A DNA stretch of 64,000 bases from NCBI RefSeq assembly GCF_036365525.1, contig NC_090374.1, positions 101,085,682 through 101,149,681 of the forward strand, given 5' to 3'. This DNA comes from Heterodontus francisci (Eukaryota). Both the position numbers and the translations under genes were made by a program. Below, in pieces: positions 23,771-36,554 of this stretch. The stretch's first letter is position 1. Every line of letters begins with the position of its first letter. Below the pieces are notes generated by a model that saw only the letters and a program-made list of their open reading frames with translations, had not been told where the DNA came from and ran no database searches.

Positions 23771-24754
23771 TTTCTAAATTTGGTAGCTGGAATCAAGCCC
23801 ACCATGCCTATCTACCAAAGCTCTCCCGCCTCCTCTTTTCAACATGTTTTGAAAATAATTTAACATAGAACTACAACAGCCTATTAAAGTTTTCCACTGT
23901 GCTTTACAGCAGCAAAATAGATATGGCAAGAGAAGCTTTACTGATGCAATTAAAATTGCTGAACAATAGGACAGTAGCTCTCAATGTGTTTGCCTATATG
24001 ACAGTAGATGCTTTTGAAAAGCAATTAATTGGCTATGATTTGAGACAGCTTAAGGACATGATAAAGCATGACATTAATTTTAGTTATTCCTTCTCTAGTG
24101 AAAACATGAGAAGCACGAAGCGGCCTTATTTTATTTTAATTAAGTAAACATGCCAGTCCATTTTGTAATTTGTAAAACTACCCAACAGTTCAGATGGAGC
24201 TGGCTGATGGAGGAAAATGAGTCTTTAAATGCTTAGATTTGTATTCTAGTTCGCATTCAGGGGATTTATGAGGTAACTTGGTTATGTGCATGCATCATAT
24301 TGCAATTGCGTCAAAGGATTTTCTTCAAGAGTTAGCACAGTTGCCATATTTGGGACAGCTGTTCTTTTGTGTGCTACTTGAGCCACCAAGGTAGATTCCT
24401 TCACTTTGACTATCTTTCTCTCATTCAGCTCCTTTCAAGTTTCCTATACTCTTTGTAGGGAGCAATTTGGAACATAGTTTACAGAGCAGATACTGAGAAT
24501 TCTCAGGGGTCAGGCACCGTGCCTCCTACAACTCTCATGGATACCTTTAATGCAAGGTACAGACATAGTGACCGTATCAGATTTATTGTGTGTAATTTTC
24601 AGACATTATGATTAATTATATTTTAGATCAGACATCAAACATTTTCATAGCTTTATATAACCAGGTTGGTAACATTCATACTGCAGTATTTAAGCAAACG
24701 CAGATCAAAACTTAGAACAAAACATCCATTTCTTAATCATCAAAAAATCCATTT

Positions 24755-25415
24755 TTACTTGTACTTCTTTCAATTTAGTATACTGTATTCGCTGCTCACA
24801 ATGCAGTCTCCTCTACATTGGGGAGACCAAACACAGATTGGGTGACCGCTTTGCTGAACACCTCCGCTCAGTCCGAAAGCATGACACCGAGCTTCCGGTT
24901 GCCTGCCATTTCAACACTTCCCCCTGCTCTCGTGCCAACATTTCTGTCTTTGGCCTGCTCCAGTGTTCCAGTGAACATCAACGCAAGCTCAAGGAGCAGC
25001 AGCTGATATTTCGATTAGGCACCCTCCAGTCTTGCTGACTGAACATAGAGTTCAATAACTTCAGAGAATGACTTGCCTTTTTTTAAACCACGTGCCTGCT
25101 TTTCATGTAGTTAGAGCTACTCATTAGTTTGCTATTAACAGTCTCTTTGGACTAATGCTTTGTCTTTCACCACAAGCATTAACACACACTTTGCCTTTGT
25201 CCCAGGACAGCTTTGTTATTTAATCTCTCCTGCCCTATCAAACACCTTCCCCTTTGTTCTCTCCTCCACCCTCCTCCCCTTCACTTGCTTAAAAGCTAAT
25301 TTTTTGCTAACCTTTGCCAGTTCTGATAAAAGATCACAGACCTGAAATGTTAACTCTGCTTCTCTCTCCACAGATGCTACCAGACCTGCTGAGTATTTCC
25401 AGCACTTTTTGTTTC
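24755..25415 (+). mobile_element. Penelope-like element 3' part (GIY-YIG endonuclease + terminal repeat)
   Basis: VYCIRCSQCSLLYIGETKHRLGDRFAEHLRSVRK...HFN. Terminal repeat with hammerhead-like core at 25319-25356. Confidence 0.88.
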
Positions 25416-25459
25416 AAAAAATCCATGCCTGAATTTATGCAAGGATACCATGTGCTTAC

Positions 25460-25556
25460 CAGAGAAGAATCAGACACAGTGATATGTTGAGTTTTCACAA
25501 AATTATAATCCTCCAGGGTCATGGAACAATACAGTTCAGCAATTTTGTTGCTTGGC
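25460..25556 (-). CDS. CEP120: CEP120 exon, end of C2C domain, 97 nt, phase 2 to 0
   Basis: Acceptor tttaaacag| and donor CTG|gtaagc. Translates PSNKIAELYCSMTLEDYNFVKTQHITVSDSSL, against human [32 protein letters not shown]. Confidence 0.95.
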
Positions 25557-27256
25557 CTGTTTAAACAGTGGAATAGTTTTAAATAAGCAACTATCCTCAT
25601 GAAGTAAGTTTTCAGAGCGCACACATCAAATTCAAAAATGCTACATTAATGAAAGATTACCGTAAATGGGGGACAAAAATACTCCACAAATGACCCTCTT
25701 ACTTGCAGCGGTCTAATTTTATCATTATGGTTTCAGTACCTTATTTTCTAAAGTTTAGATGTATGGCATCAACTCCCTCTTCATAATATAACTATCTTTC
25801 ATACAGTGAAAATAATATAATGCATCAACACTCCTGTCACAATGAAACTGCCCTTTTTCAGCTGTATTCAGATTTTAATTAACACTTCCCCCGTTGTTTC
25901 CTTTCTCCCAATAGTAGACATGGAGAAGCATTTATCTATATATATTTCTCATACAAGATGAATATGCAAAAAAAGTTTTCCCAACACACAACCATCTGGA
26001 TCCCAAAGGATGATCATCTAGTTATTGAATTATACATGTGGCAAATATCATTGCTCAGATATGTTGTACCTGTGAGGTGCCCTTCACAAAGTACAAAAGT
26101 ATTGACAACACCAATGTTATATTGCATAGCAAAATAGATAAATCTAAAAATACCTTTTTTTTAAAAAAATCTCTCTACTTTGTTGCTGTCTATCCAGACT
26201 CTTTCTACTTTATTGCAGACCTTGTCCTTGCACAATGAAGCAGAAGTTATTCTGCAAGTCTTTTTGTGTACCAAAAAGCTCGTGTTTGAATTTTCAAGTT
26301 AGGCATGCACAGCTTCTGCAGATGTATAGCACACCCAGGAAGAAACTATGTGGTGGTCACCAAAGTGTGACCCCTGCAGGTGGTATCTACCTCAGTTGAT
26401 TGAATCCAGCAGTTGCATCCTATTGCAAGTACTTGATTCCCTTTTGTGGAATTTCAAGTACATTCTGGAATCCCGAAATAAACATACAATCCTCAAAATT
26501 CATATCAGGCTACAGAGACACACTTTCCAATGATAATGTCACCATCTTCAAACCCCATTTTAGAATTAAGTAGTTCAAGATGCTGAAGTTCAGACAGGTT
26601 AAAATTTCTTGCACTCTTGAAGTTTACAAGGCAAAAGTCCATTTTTGTTGCATGGCAAAACAGATTTCCTTCATCTGTAGTGTCAAACTCTATAGCCCAA
26701 CTTACCCTCCAAAAATAGTTAGTCCTCTTAATGCCTGCCTCAGCAAACTGAGTATCAGGCAAAATGCAAATTTATGTCCAAATTCATGAATCAGTCCAAA
26801 TTAACTTTTTCAAGTACTGCTGACACATACAGGACAGAACTAAATTAGACTAACGTGGAGTAGACCATTGCACAGATTCTAACAGCTCTCTAACACGTCA
26901 GCCAAGTAGTCGTGCTTTATCTGTTAAACACAAATGTCAGTCGGCTATTGGACCATGGAGGCAGACCCAGACCTGACCTCGTGTCCAACAGAGCTCCTTG
27001 AAGTGGGATCCTTGGCCAATTTCTTTGCTCCCCAGTCAGGATTGCTAGTCTTCTGCTTATTCCCCCCAATTTAGAATATGTTAACAGTATTTCAAAGATT
27101 GTACTAAGTTATGTGATCACACATTTCCTTGAATATCAGATCTGATCTTTTTGCTGATAAGCCAGCAAGCTACAACCAGCATGCAGCTGCATCATTGGAA
27201 AGGTCTGTGGGCACTGCCCCCTTGTGCAATTCTCCTGAATATGAACTAGAAACATT

Positions 27257-28011
27257 GAGCTGAATTTTGCCATAGGCTTCAGGAACCTGATGTCGAGACA
27301 AATGGGGGTCCCGGGCCCGAGCCCGAGCTTGCCTGCAGCAGGACCAGCTCTGCAATTCTACAGAAGGTAGCCTCCAAATGGACTGCCTCCAGGCCCGCTG
27401 TCCAATTAAGTACACCAGGTGGGCTCCTAATACTGCCGTCCCAATGAGAGGGCCAGCAGCTCTGAAGGCTCGGTAGCCCCACTGGGAAAGGTGACATTGA
27501 AGCAGGCAGGAGACCTCAGGGCACCTCAAAGCTGAGGCACCCTGGGGAATATGTATAATTTAAAATTCTGAATGAGCAAGGGCGGAAGGCCCCGCCAATT
27601 GGAGAAGAAATCCCTCCAGGAGGATCATTTGGGCCGAGGGGCCTGCCTTTTCTGCTCACAACTCTCTGTGCAGTTTGGAGCTTTTGGCTCCAATGGTCCC
27701 CATAGGCTGCCACAAGAAAGCTGTGTCCATTAAGCTGGCAATCTCCCCATGCAACAGGAGGCTGCTCCGTTGCCAGCAAAATGCAGATACAGAAACAAAA
27801 ACAAGGTTTATTTTTCTTCACCGCTTTCCTTTTTAACTTCTTCATAGAAAGGTTCCTCATCCTCTGTACTCATCCGTGGCCGTCCTGCGCACTGCCGGGC
27901 AACTACCCCAGCTGTGGGACTGCATCAGGGAGCTGTCTTGAGATAGCTCCATGGTATTTTACCAGCCCCCAGCCTTGTTCCTGCCTCCACAGGGCCGGTA
28001 CAATTCTGCCC
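27257..28011. mobile_element. PIF/Harbinger-like MITE
   Basis: Imperfect TIRs gagctgaattttgcc / ggtacaattctgccc and 3-bp TSD att/att. Confidence 0.7.
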
Positions 28012-29144
28012 ATTATATCACAATGAGTGACAGACATTCACACTTGATCCTTTTCCAGTCATGGTTTGACTGTAAATCAATTCTCCAGTACAGACATCAT
28101 GAAAACATACAACCTGAAAAGTAGTAGGTCCTTGATAACTAATAGTGCAAGGCATGCAGGAAGCAAGCATACTAAGTGAAATGCAAACTACTATGGGTTC
28201 TATATCCAACCATGAGTTGTACATGTACTGGCAAACACAGTTCATCAATCCACATTAATATAACTTAAGCCAATTAAACATAAACTCTGAAATGAGTTAA
28301 ATTAAATAATTTCACTAATGGTTATGGGGCAGGTGACTTTGATACCCTGATCTCCAAAGACCTTGAGCTTGCTGAGATATATCATAAGGAACCGCCAAAA
28401 TGAAATTATTAAGCAAGGTCGTAAGGATGAGGCACCAAAATTTGTTCAAATCCTATTTACAATGCTCTTTAGACTTAGCTATCCCTGTGTGACACCGCCT
28501 TTATTCTACTTTTTAGGTCCAACTAGAGAGCTTAACTCAAGATAGTGGAAGGTACTTGTTAAAAGTCCACAAACAATTGGCATTGTGCACTCCTCAGAAC
28601 TTTATGATGCACTAAGTTATGACTCCTGCGAAGCGAATGAAGAAATTAGGAGATATGACAAAATTAAACCCAGGAAAAAGAATATAAATGAAGTGCTGTA
28701 CAAAGGCATGAAAAATTCCAAAGCGTCTAGTAAAATACAAAAGATAATGCACCAAGACTCAAATCAAATCACGTTGAAGATTAAAGCTACTAAAAATAAG
28801 AAAAACTGGCACAATACACTTTGTGGAAGCCAAATTGACATTGCTGGTAGATAACAGGGAAGCAAACTAGTAATCCAGTGGCATTCAGAGATTCAGTGGC
28901 ACAAAAATAGGAATGCACATCTTGAGACAGAGGTGAGATTATGTTGGAGAAGCTTAGTGGTTTAAAAAAAAAAACACACATTGCTGCAATTTATTCCACT
29001 TGTCTGTCAAAGTCAAGCACAGGAAGCAAATGGTATTTAATTAAAAAAACTTGAGCTATAATAACACATGCATACAGGATTTGGGAATTAGGCATTACGA
29101 CTTGCGTTAATCATTTTCAGTACGATGTCAACAATCATACTTGC

Positions 29145-29327
29145 CCTTGTGCTGCTACGACTGGAATCCTCTCACTGTAGGTCTGACGCCAGCAATGATC
29201 CCCTGAAGGGCCTAAAAAGCGGGACTTTTCTGCTGTCAGAACATTTGACAATTTCAATCTTGCTACTCCCAACAGCAAATCTTTAGTCATTTTGTCTTTG
29301 TGCCACACTTCAACCAACAAAGGTAAC
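29145..29327 (-). CDS. CEP120: CEP120 exon, C2C domain, 183 nt, phase 2 to 2, GC donor
   Basis: Acceptor tttttag|. Translates [61 protein letters not shown]. The frame of the next exon requires the donor AGG|gcaagt. Confidence 0.95.
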
Positions 29328-29879
29328 CTAAAAATAAAATTTAACAAATTCAAATATAGAGCAACTATACCCTGCAATATTTGTTTTCTTCCATTTATTT
29401 TCTCACTTCCTTTAAGCCCAAGTTCAAAAGATGACATTACAAAGTTAGAATGTGAAATTAATTTTTTTAAGACAACAAAATAAATCACATCAAATTCATA
29501 ACTAAACCACACAGGCAAGGCAAGGGTCAGGTTCACTCCTTGATCTATGCTGAATTAGTTAATTTTGGATGGTGTGACCAGAAGTGGAAATTGCCCAGGA
29601 TTCTCTGATAGTTACTCAATTACTTCTAGAGAGTGAAAGAGATTGAGAGCCAGAGTGTATTGGTGGGGGGGGAAGGAGAAGTACATCTGGCAGGGCCCCA
29701 TATGTTTAACAGCCCAGCTACACTTGTCAAGATTCATGTATAAATAAATGATCACTCGAGTGTGCTACTAGAAGATAAAGTGGAATGCATGAAACTACCC
29801 CAATAAGGAATTAACACCTCCAGGAAAGGAAAGGAAGTTGACATTAAAAAAAAGGCATTTTTGACATAAAAACAGTATA

Positions 29880-30870
29880 CAGTGGTCTCTCCCAGGGGCC
29901 GGTATTAGGACCTCTGCTCCCTTTGATATGTATCAATATGCTGGTCATGGGTATACAGGGAATAATTTCAAAGTCTGCAGACAACATAAAACTCAAAAAT
30001 GCAGTAAACAGTGAGGAAAATAGGGACAGACTTCAAGAGGGCATGGACTGATAAAATGGGCACACACGTGACAGGTAAAATTTAATGCAGAAAAGTATGA
30101 TACAATGCATTTTGTAGGAAGAATCAGGAGACACAAGATAAACTAAATGGCATAATTTTAAAGGGACAAGAATAGAGACCTGGGGGTGTACGTATACAGG
30201 TCTTTGAACGTGGCAGGACAAGTTGAGAGACTATTAAAAAAGCAGACGGGATCCTTGGTCTTTTAAATAAAGGTGTAGAGTACAAAAGCAAGGAAGTTAT
30301 GCTAAATTTTTTTATAAATCACTAGTTAGGCCCAGCTGGAATAAACAGTCCAATTCTGGATAGCACACTTTCCGAAGCATGTCAATCCTTAGTGAGGGTA
30401 CAGAGATTTACTAGAATGGTACTAAGGATACAGGACTTCAAGTTATGTGGAATGACAAGAGAAACTGAGATTGTTCTCCTTAGAGCACAGACGGTCAAAG
30501 AGAAATTTAATAGAAATGTTCAGAATCTTGACAGGTTTTGGAGTAAATAGAAAACTATTTCCAGTGAAATAAGGGTCAGCAACCTGCGGGCATAGATTTA
30601 AGGTAATTGGCAAAATAACTAGAGGCAGGATGACGAGACTTATGTAGTAAGGAGTCATGATCTGAAAGGTACTGCCTGAAACGGTGATGGAAGACATTCA
30701 ATATTAATTTTCAAACGGAAAGTGGATAAGTACGTGAAGAGGAAAAATTTGCGGGGCTATGGGGAAAGGGCAGGGGAGTTGGACTAATTGGATCGCTCTT
30801 TGAAAAAGTCAGCAGAGACATGATGGGCCCAATAGCCTCCCTCTGCACTGCATCATTCCAGGATTCCAAC
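29880..30870 (+). mobile_element. Decayed CR1 3' fragment
   Basis: RT remnants (SGLSQGPVLGP, KSADN, RDLGV) and a CR1 tail. Confidence 0.8.
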
Positions 30871-31090
30871 AAAACTAGGATATAAATTATATTTTTCAAG
30901 ACTAAAGTCAAAACTAGCCATTAGTTTTCATTAAACTAAGTCAACCTAAAAATGTTCACCAGTATAACAAGATGCCTTTGGAAACTCAAAAGAAATATAT
31001 ATAGAGAATGGTAAGGGGAGCATAATTTGCAGCTTTATCATTATGTGAGGTAGAATAAAACACATTAAAATATATGTTGGTTAGTGGTAC

Positions 31091-31240
31091 CTGAAGAAGG
31101 TATCTTGCAATTGATGAGGTAGTGCTGCAAAATCAAATGCACAATATGATTGAGGAAAGATCACTTCCATATTTTTCTTCACTTCCACTGGAGGATTCGT
31201 CATGATTGGGGCTGCAGTACCAAAAAATGGGTAGGAGTAC
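31091..31240 (-). CDS. CEP120: CEP120 exon, C2C domain, 150 nt, phase 2 to 2
   Basis: Acceptor atcag| and donor AG|gtacca. Translates [50 protein letters not shown], nearly identical to human CEP120. Confidence 0.97.
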
Positions 31241-33119
31241 CTGATCAGCAAATTAAAGGAAAAAAGTGCCCAACATAGTTAGGATACCATGGTACCTTCA
31301 GTAGAAAATAAGTAGACTTGCACCCAGAGATTTCTCAACTGAACTCATATTTAGTATAAAAACAGAAATGCTGGAAAAATTCAGCAGATCAGGCAGCATC
31401 TGTGCAGAGAGAAACAGTTAACATTTCAGGTCAATAGCCCTGTGATATAACTGGAAAAAGTTAAGAGTTCTAACAGGTTTTAAGTATAGGGAAAGGGAGG
31501 AGTGGGGAGGGCAGGGAGAGTACAAAAGGGAAGGTCTGTGATAGGTAGAATGCAGGAGAAATTAAATGGCAAAAGGATTCATGGTGCAAGGCAAAAGGGA
31601 GTGGTAATGCAACAAGTAATCACGACTGTCTGAAAAAAAAAAAATGAGGGGAGAGATTTTTATCTGAAATTGTTGAATTCAATGTTTAGACTGGAAGGAT
31701 GGAAAGTTGCTAACTGAAAGATGAGGACAGAGAAATCAGAGTGGGAGTGGGGCAGAGAATTAAATGACAGGTGCCTGGAAGTTCAGGATCACGCAGCTCA
31801 GGTGATCCGACATCTACCGAGTAGAAGTTGAACACCAATGCTGACAATTCCTCCACCCTTCCCCTGGATCACGACCTCACCACCAAACCGCCACCGCTTC
31901 CAAGACTGCCATTGACCTAGTCTCCTCTGGAGATCGCTCCCCACCCCCGCAGTCTCCAACTTCACAGGCCCCCAACCCAGCACAGCCCGCTTCTCCCTCC
32001 TTCCCAAGATCCACGAACAGGACTGCACTGGTAGACCTAGTGTTTCAGCCTGGCTCTTGCCCCAAAGAATCGATTTTCTGCTATCTCATCTACTTATTCT
32101 CCCCTTGCCCAGTCTCTTCCCACCAACATCTGAGACTTTTTCAATGCCCTCAGCAATTTTAAGCTTCCAGTCTCTAACCATCTCCCTTTCACCATGGACC
32201 CTTCTACACCTCCATCCACTGCCCGCATGACCTAAGTGCGCTCCGCACTTGAATGAAGGCCCAACCAATTCCCATCCACAACTACCATCCTCCGCCTGGC
32301 TGAACTTGTTCTCATTTAAAAACTTCTCCTTTGACTCCACCAACTCCCTCCAAGTTAAAAGGTGTTCAATGGCAACTGGCATTGGTCCTTGCTATGTCTG
32401 CCTTTTTGTGGGATATGCAGAACATTCTCCATCCCAGTTCTACTCGGGTGCCTTCCCTCATCTCTTTTTCTGATACTTTGATTACAGTACCGGTGCTGCT
32501 TCCTGCTCTCGCCCTGGACTGGAAAATTTCATCAACTTTTCTTCCAATTATCCAGCCTTTCCTCGACTTCATATGTTCTATCTCCGACTCTTCTCTCCCT
32601 TGATTTCTGCCTTCGTTAAAGGGAACAGAATATCCACCATAAGCCCACAGACTCCCCAAGCTACCTTGATTACACTTCCTCCAACCCTGCTTTCCCTCAG
32701 GATTCTTTTCAGTCACATCTGTTCTGATGATGCAGAATTTCACAACAATACTTACAACTGGTCTTCCTTTTCCCTCAGTTGAGGACTCCCCTACACCGTG
32801 GTCAGCCAGGTCCTCAACCGTGTGCATTCTAATTCCCACACTGCTGCTCTCACTCCTTTCCCTCCCACCCAGAACCACAATCGGGTTCCCTTTGTCCTCA
32901 CCTTCCACCCTACCAGCCTCCACATTCAATGGATCATCCAGTGCCATTTCCACCACCCCCAGTGTAATGCGACCACTCAACATATAATCCCCTCCTCTCC
33001 GAGCATTCTGAAGGGATCTGCCCCTGCCCGACCATCGTTCACTCTTCAATCAGCTCCAACACCCCTTCTTCTGCCCATGCAAGTGCAGGAAATGCAACAC
33101 CTACCCTTTTGCCTCAACA

Positions 33120-34752
33120 ATATCAGATTTTAGTCAGGTCTGATTAACTTGATTGAATTTTTTCAAGCAAACAAGGAGGATTGATGAGGGTAGTGCAGCT
33201 GACGTGGTCTGCATGGATTTTAGCAAAGCTTTTGACAAGGTCCCACATGGCAGACTGGTTAAATAAAAAAGCCCATGGGACCCAGGGAAACGTAGCGAGG
33301 TAGATCAAAAAATTGGCTCAGTGGCAGGAAACAAAGGGTGTTGACTGGTGATTTTGCAACTGGAAGGCTGTTTCCAGTGGCGTTCCACAGGGCTCAGCAC
33401 TGGGTCCCCTGCTTTTTGTGCTATCTGCTGCTTCTTCTTTGGCCTCCTTGTCTCAGGAGACAATGGGTAAGCGCCTGGAGATGGTCAGTGGTTTGTGGAG
33501 CAGCGCCTGGAGTGGCTATAAAGGCCAATACTAGAGTGACAGACTCTTCCACAGGTGCTGCAGATAAAATTGGTTGCCGGGGCTGTTACACAGTTGGCTC
33601 TCTCCTTGTGCTTCTGTCTTTTTTCCTGCCAACTGCTAAGTCTCTTCGACTCGCCACACTTTAGCCCCGCCTTTATGGCTGCCCGGCAGCTCTGGCGATC
33701 ACTGGCAACTGACTCCCAAGACTTGTGATCAATGTTACAGGACGTCATGTCGCGTTTGCAGACGTCTTTAAAGCGGAGACATGGACGGCCGGTGGGTCTG
33801 ATACCAGTGGCGAGCTCGCTGTACAATGTGTCTTTGGGGATCCTGCCATCTTCCATGCGGCTGACATGGCCAAGCCATCTCAAGTGCCGCTGATTCAGTA
33901 GGGTGTATAATCTGGGGATGTTGGCCGCCTCGAGGACTTCTGTGTTGGAGATACGGTCCTGCCACCTGATGCCAAAGATTCTCCAGAGGCAGCGAAGATG
34001 GAATGAATTGAGACGTCGCTCTTGGCTGACATACGTTGTCCAGGCCTCGCTGCCGTAGAGCAAGGTACTGAGGACACAGGCTTGATACACAGATCAATAA
34101 GGTGGTTAAGAAGGCATACGGAACCCTTTCCTTTATTAGTCGAGGTATAGAATACAAGAGCAGGGAGGTTATGCTGGAACTGCATAAATCATTGGCTAGG
34201 CCACAACTTGAGTAATGTGTGCAGTTCTGGTCACCTCATTACAGAATACAATTGCACTAGAAAGCGCAGAGGAGATTTACGAGGATGTTGCCAGGACTGA
34301 AAAAAATGCAGCTATGAGTAAAGATGGGATAGGCTGGGGTTGTTCTCCTTGGAACAGAGAAGGCTGAGATTTGATTGAGATGTACAAAATTGTGAAGGGC
34401 CTGGATAAAGTGGATTGGAAGGGCCTATTTACCTTAGCACAGAGATCAGTGACTAGGGGTGGCATAAATTTAAAGTGATTGGTACAAAGATCAGAGGGGA
34501 GATGAGGATATTTTTTCACCCAGAGAGTGGTCAAGGTCTGGAACTCACTGCCTGACAGGGTAGGAGAGGCAGAAACCCTCAATTCATTTAAAAGGTATCT
34601 GGATATGCACCTCAAGTGCCATAACCTGCAGGGCTCCGAACCAAATGCTGGAAGGTGGGATTAGGCCGGGTGACTTTTATTCTTTGGCTGGCGCAGACAC
34701 AATGGGCCAAGTGGCCTCTTTCTGTGTCGTAAACTTTCCATGATTCTATGAT
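33120..34752 (+). mobile_element. CR1 3' fragment inserted in the Penelope element
   Basis: DFSKAFDKVPH, SGVPQGSALGP, tail gattctatgatt. Confidence 0.85.
33427..34091 (-). mobile_element. Second, shorter 5'-truncated RTE (BovB-like) copy
   Basis: 201-aa ORF highly similar to the C-terminal half of the 14661-15983 ORF, with a (GAA)n tail. Confidence 0.93.
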
Positions 34753-35140
34753 TTAAACCTCTGCCCCTTTTTAAAAAAAATTTATTATTTTTGGGCAGCA
34801 ATAGGTGATAATTCTGCTTTACCCATTTACACCTCCTCTGGACCCATCTTTTGCATTTTAACTTGTCCCATTACCGTCTCCTTTTGCCTTGCACCATCGT
34901 CCCTTTTGTCATGCAATCTCTCCTGCCCTTCACCTCATTACAAACCTTCTAATTTATTCTTCCCTGCCGCTGTACTTGCTTAAAACCTGTTAAATCTCTA
35001 ACTTTTTTCCGTTCTGATGAAAGGTCAATCTGAAAGGTTATTTGTTTCTCTCCCCATAGATGCTGCTTGACCTGCTGAGTTCATGAGCATTTTCTAGTTT
35101 TATTTCAGATTTCCAGTATCTGCAGTATTTTGCTTTTGTC

Positions 35141-36487
35141 CTGATTTATAATCCCACTGACTCCCAGAGGCCTTAACTACACTTCCACCCAAGCCTCTTC
35201 CTGTAAGGACTTTTTGCTTCCTCCCAGTTTCTCCGCTGCACATGTTCGAACAGTGCCGAATTCCATACCAGCATTTCCAATATGTCTTCCCTTTTCCTCA
35301 ATCAAGGATTTCCCTCTACTCTGGTTGACAGGGCCCCTCAACCATGTCCATTCCATTTTCCGCATTTCTGCTCACACCCCTTCTCCCTCCCAGAACCACA
35401 ATAAGGTTCTCCTCGTCTTCACCTTTCACCCCACCAGCCTCCAGAGTCAACAAACAGATCATCCTGTGCCACCCTCCTCCAGCAAGATACCACCAAACAC
35501 ACATACCCCTCCCAGCATTCCAATGGGACTGTTCCCTTCGCGATATCCATATCTGCTTTTCAATCACCTCCAACACCCACTCCCCTTCCCACTGCACGTT
35601 CCCGTGCAAATGCAGGAAATGCAATACCTGTCCTTTAATCTTCTCCCTTCCTGCCATCCTGGGCCCCAAATACTCCTTCCAGGTGAAACAGCAAATAACT
35701 GGTACAGTAGTATAATGTAGCCTCTGCTCACAAGGAGGTCCTAACATTGGGGAGACTAAACGTAAATTGGATAATTGCTTTGGGGAACTCCTCCAGTCAG
35801 TCTGCACATGGGACACTCAGTTTTTGGTCTCCTGTCATTTAATCCTATGCAACACACACACTCTGACTTCTGTTCTCATCTTTTGATTAAGCATTTTACA
35901 TCCTTCCGTACTCATGGAGTTCAACAATTTCTGATGGTAACCACTACGCCCATTTCCTCCCCCCACCCCGCCCACCACACTGCAGCTGTTGGTAACAAAA
36001 TAAAAAGAGAAAATGCTAAAACAGCTCATCAGGTCAGGCAGCAACTGCAGTACTTAGCAGCATCAGCCGGAATTGTTCGAGTATTTCCGACATTCTCTCT
36101 ATTTCAGATTCCAGCATCAGCAGTATTTTGCTTTTGTATTGCTGTTGGTAATGATTCTGTTACTGCTATGTGCACCTCCTTTAGACGCATCTTTTGTCTC
36201 AATACTTGCCCACAAGCACCTCCTTTTGCCTATCATCCCTTTCGTCATTTAATCTTTCCTTCCTTCCGTGCTATCGCAAACCTTCCAGTTTGTTCTCTGC
36301 ACCCCTCCCCCTACCCCACTCTGTACTTGCTTAAAACCCGTTACATCTCTAATTTCTTCCAGTTCTGACGAAAGGTCATTGACCTGAAACATAAACCCAC
36401 ACCAGATGCTGCCTGACCTGCTAGTTTTTCTAGCATTTTCTGTTTTTACTTCAGATTTCCAACATCCACAGTATTTTGCTTTTGTGT
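35141..36487 (+). mobile_element. Second Penelope-like 3' fragment in tandem
   Basis: TFPCKCRKCNTC and a GIY-YIG remnant (IGETKRKL). Terminal repeat with ctgacga-a-aggtcattgacct-gaaac at 36361-36397. Confidence 0.8.
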
Positions 36488-36554
36488 TGGAACATTTTTA
36501 GATCTGGATCAACATTTTACTTAATCTGAAAATGAAAATAGTATGGGAACTCGA

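Larger units (their letters stand above)
31355..35140 (+). mobile_element. Penelope-like element: inverted upstream terminal repeat (31355-31800), RT body (31810-33115) and 3' repeat (34753-35140), split by CR1 and RTE insertions
   Basis: Penelope RT motifs (KIHEQDCTGRP, NFSFDSTNSLQVK..MATGIGPCYVCLFVGY). The terminal repeat is present in both orientations. Confidence 0.8.

Noticed and set aside
32366-33049. 227-aa minus-strand ORF and similar long ORFs (20724-21356, 35775-36368, 49251-49730)
   Set aside because: These are antisense or off-frame shadows of Penelope, CR1 and LINE sequences.
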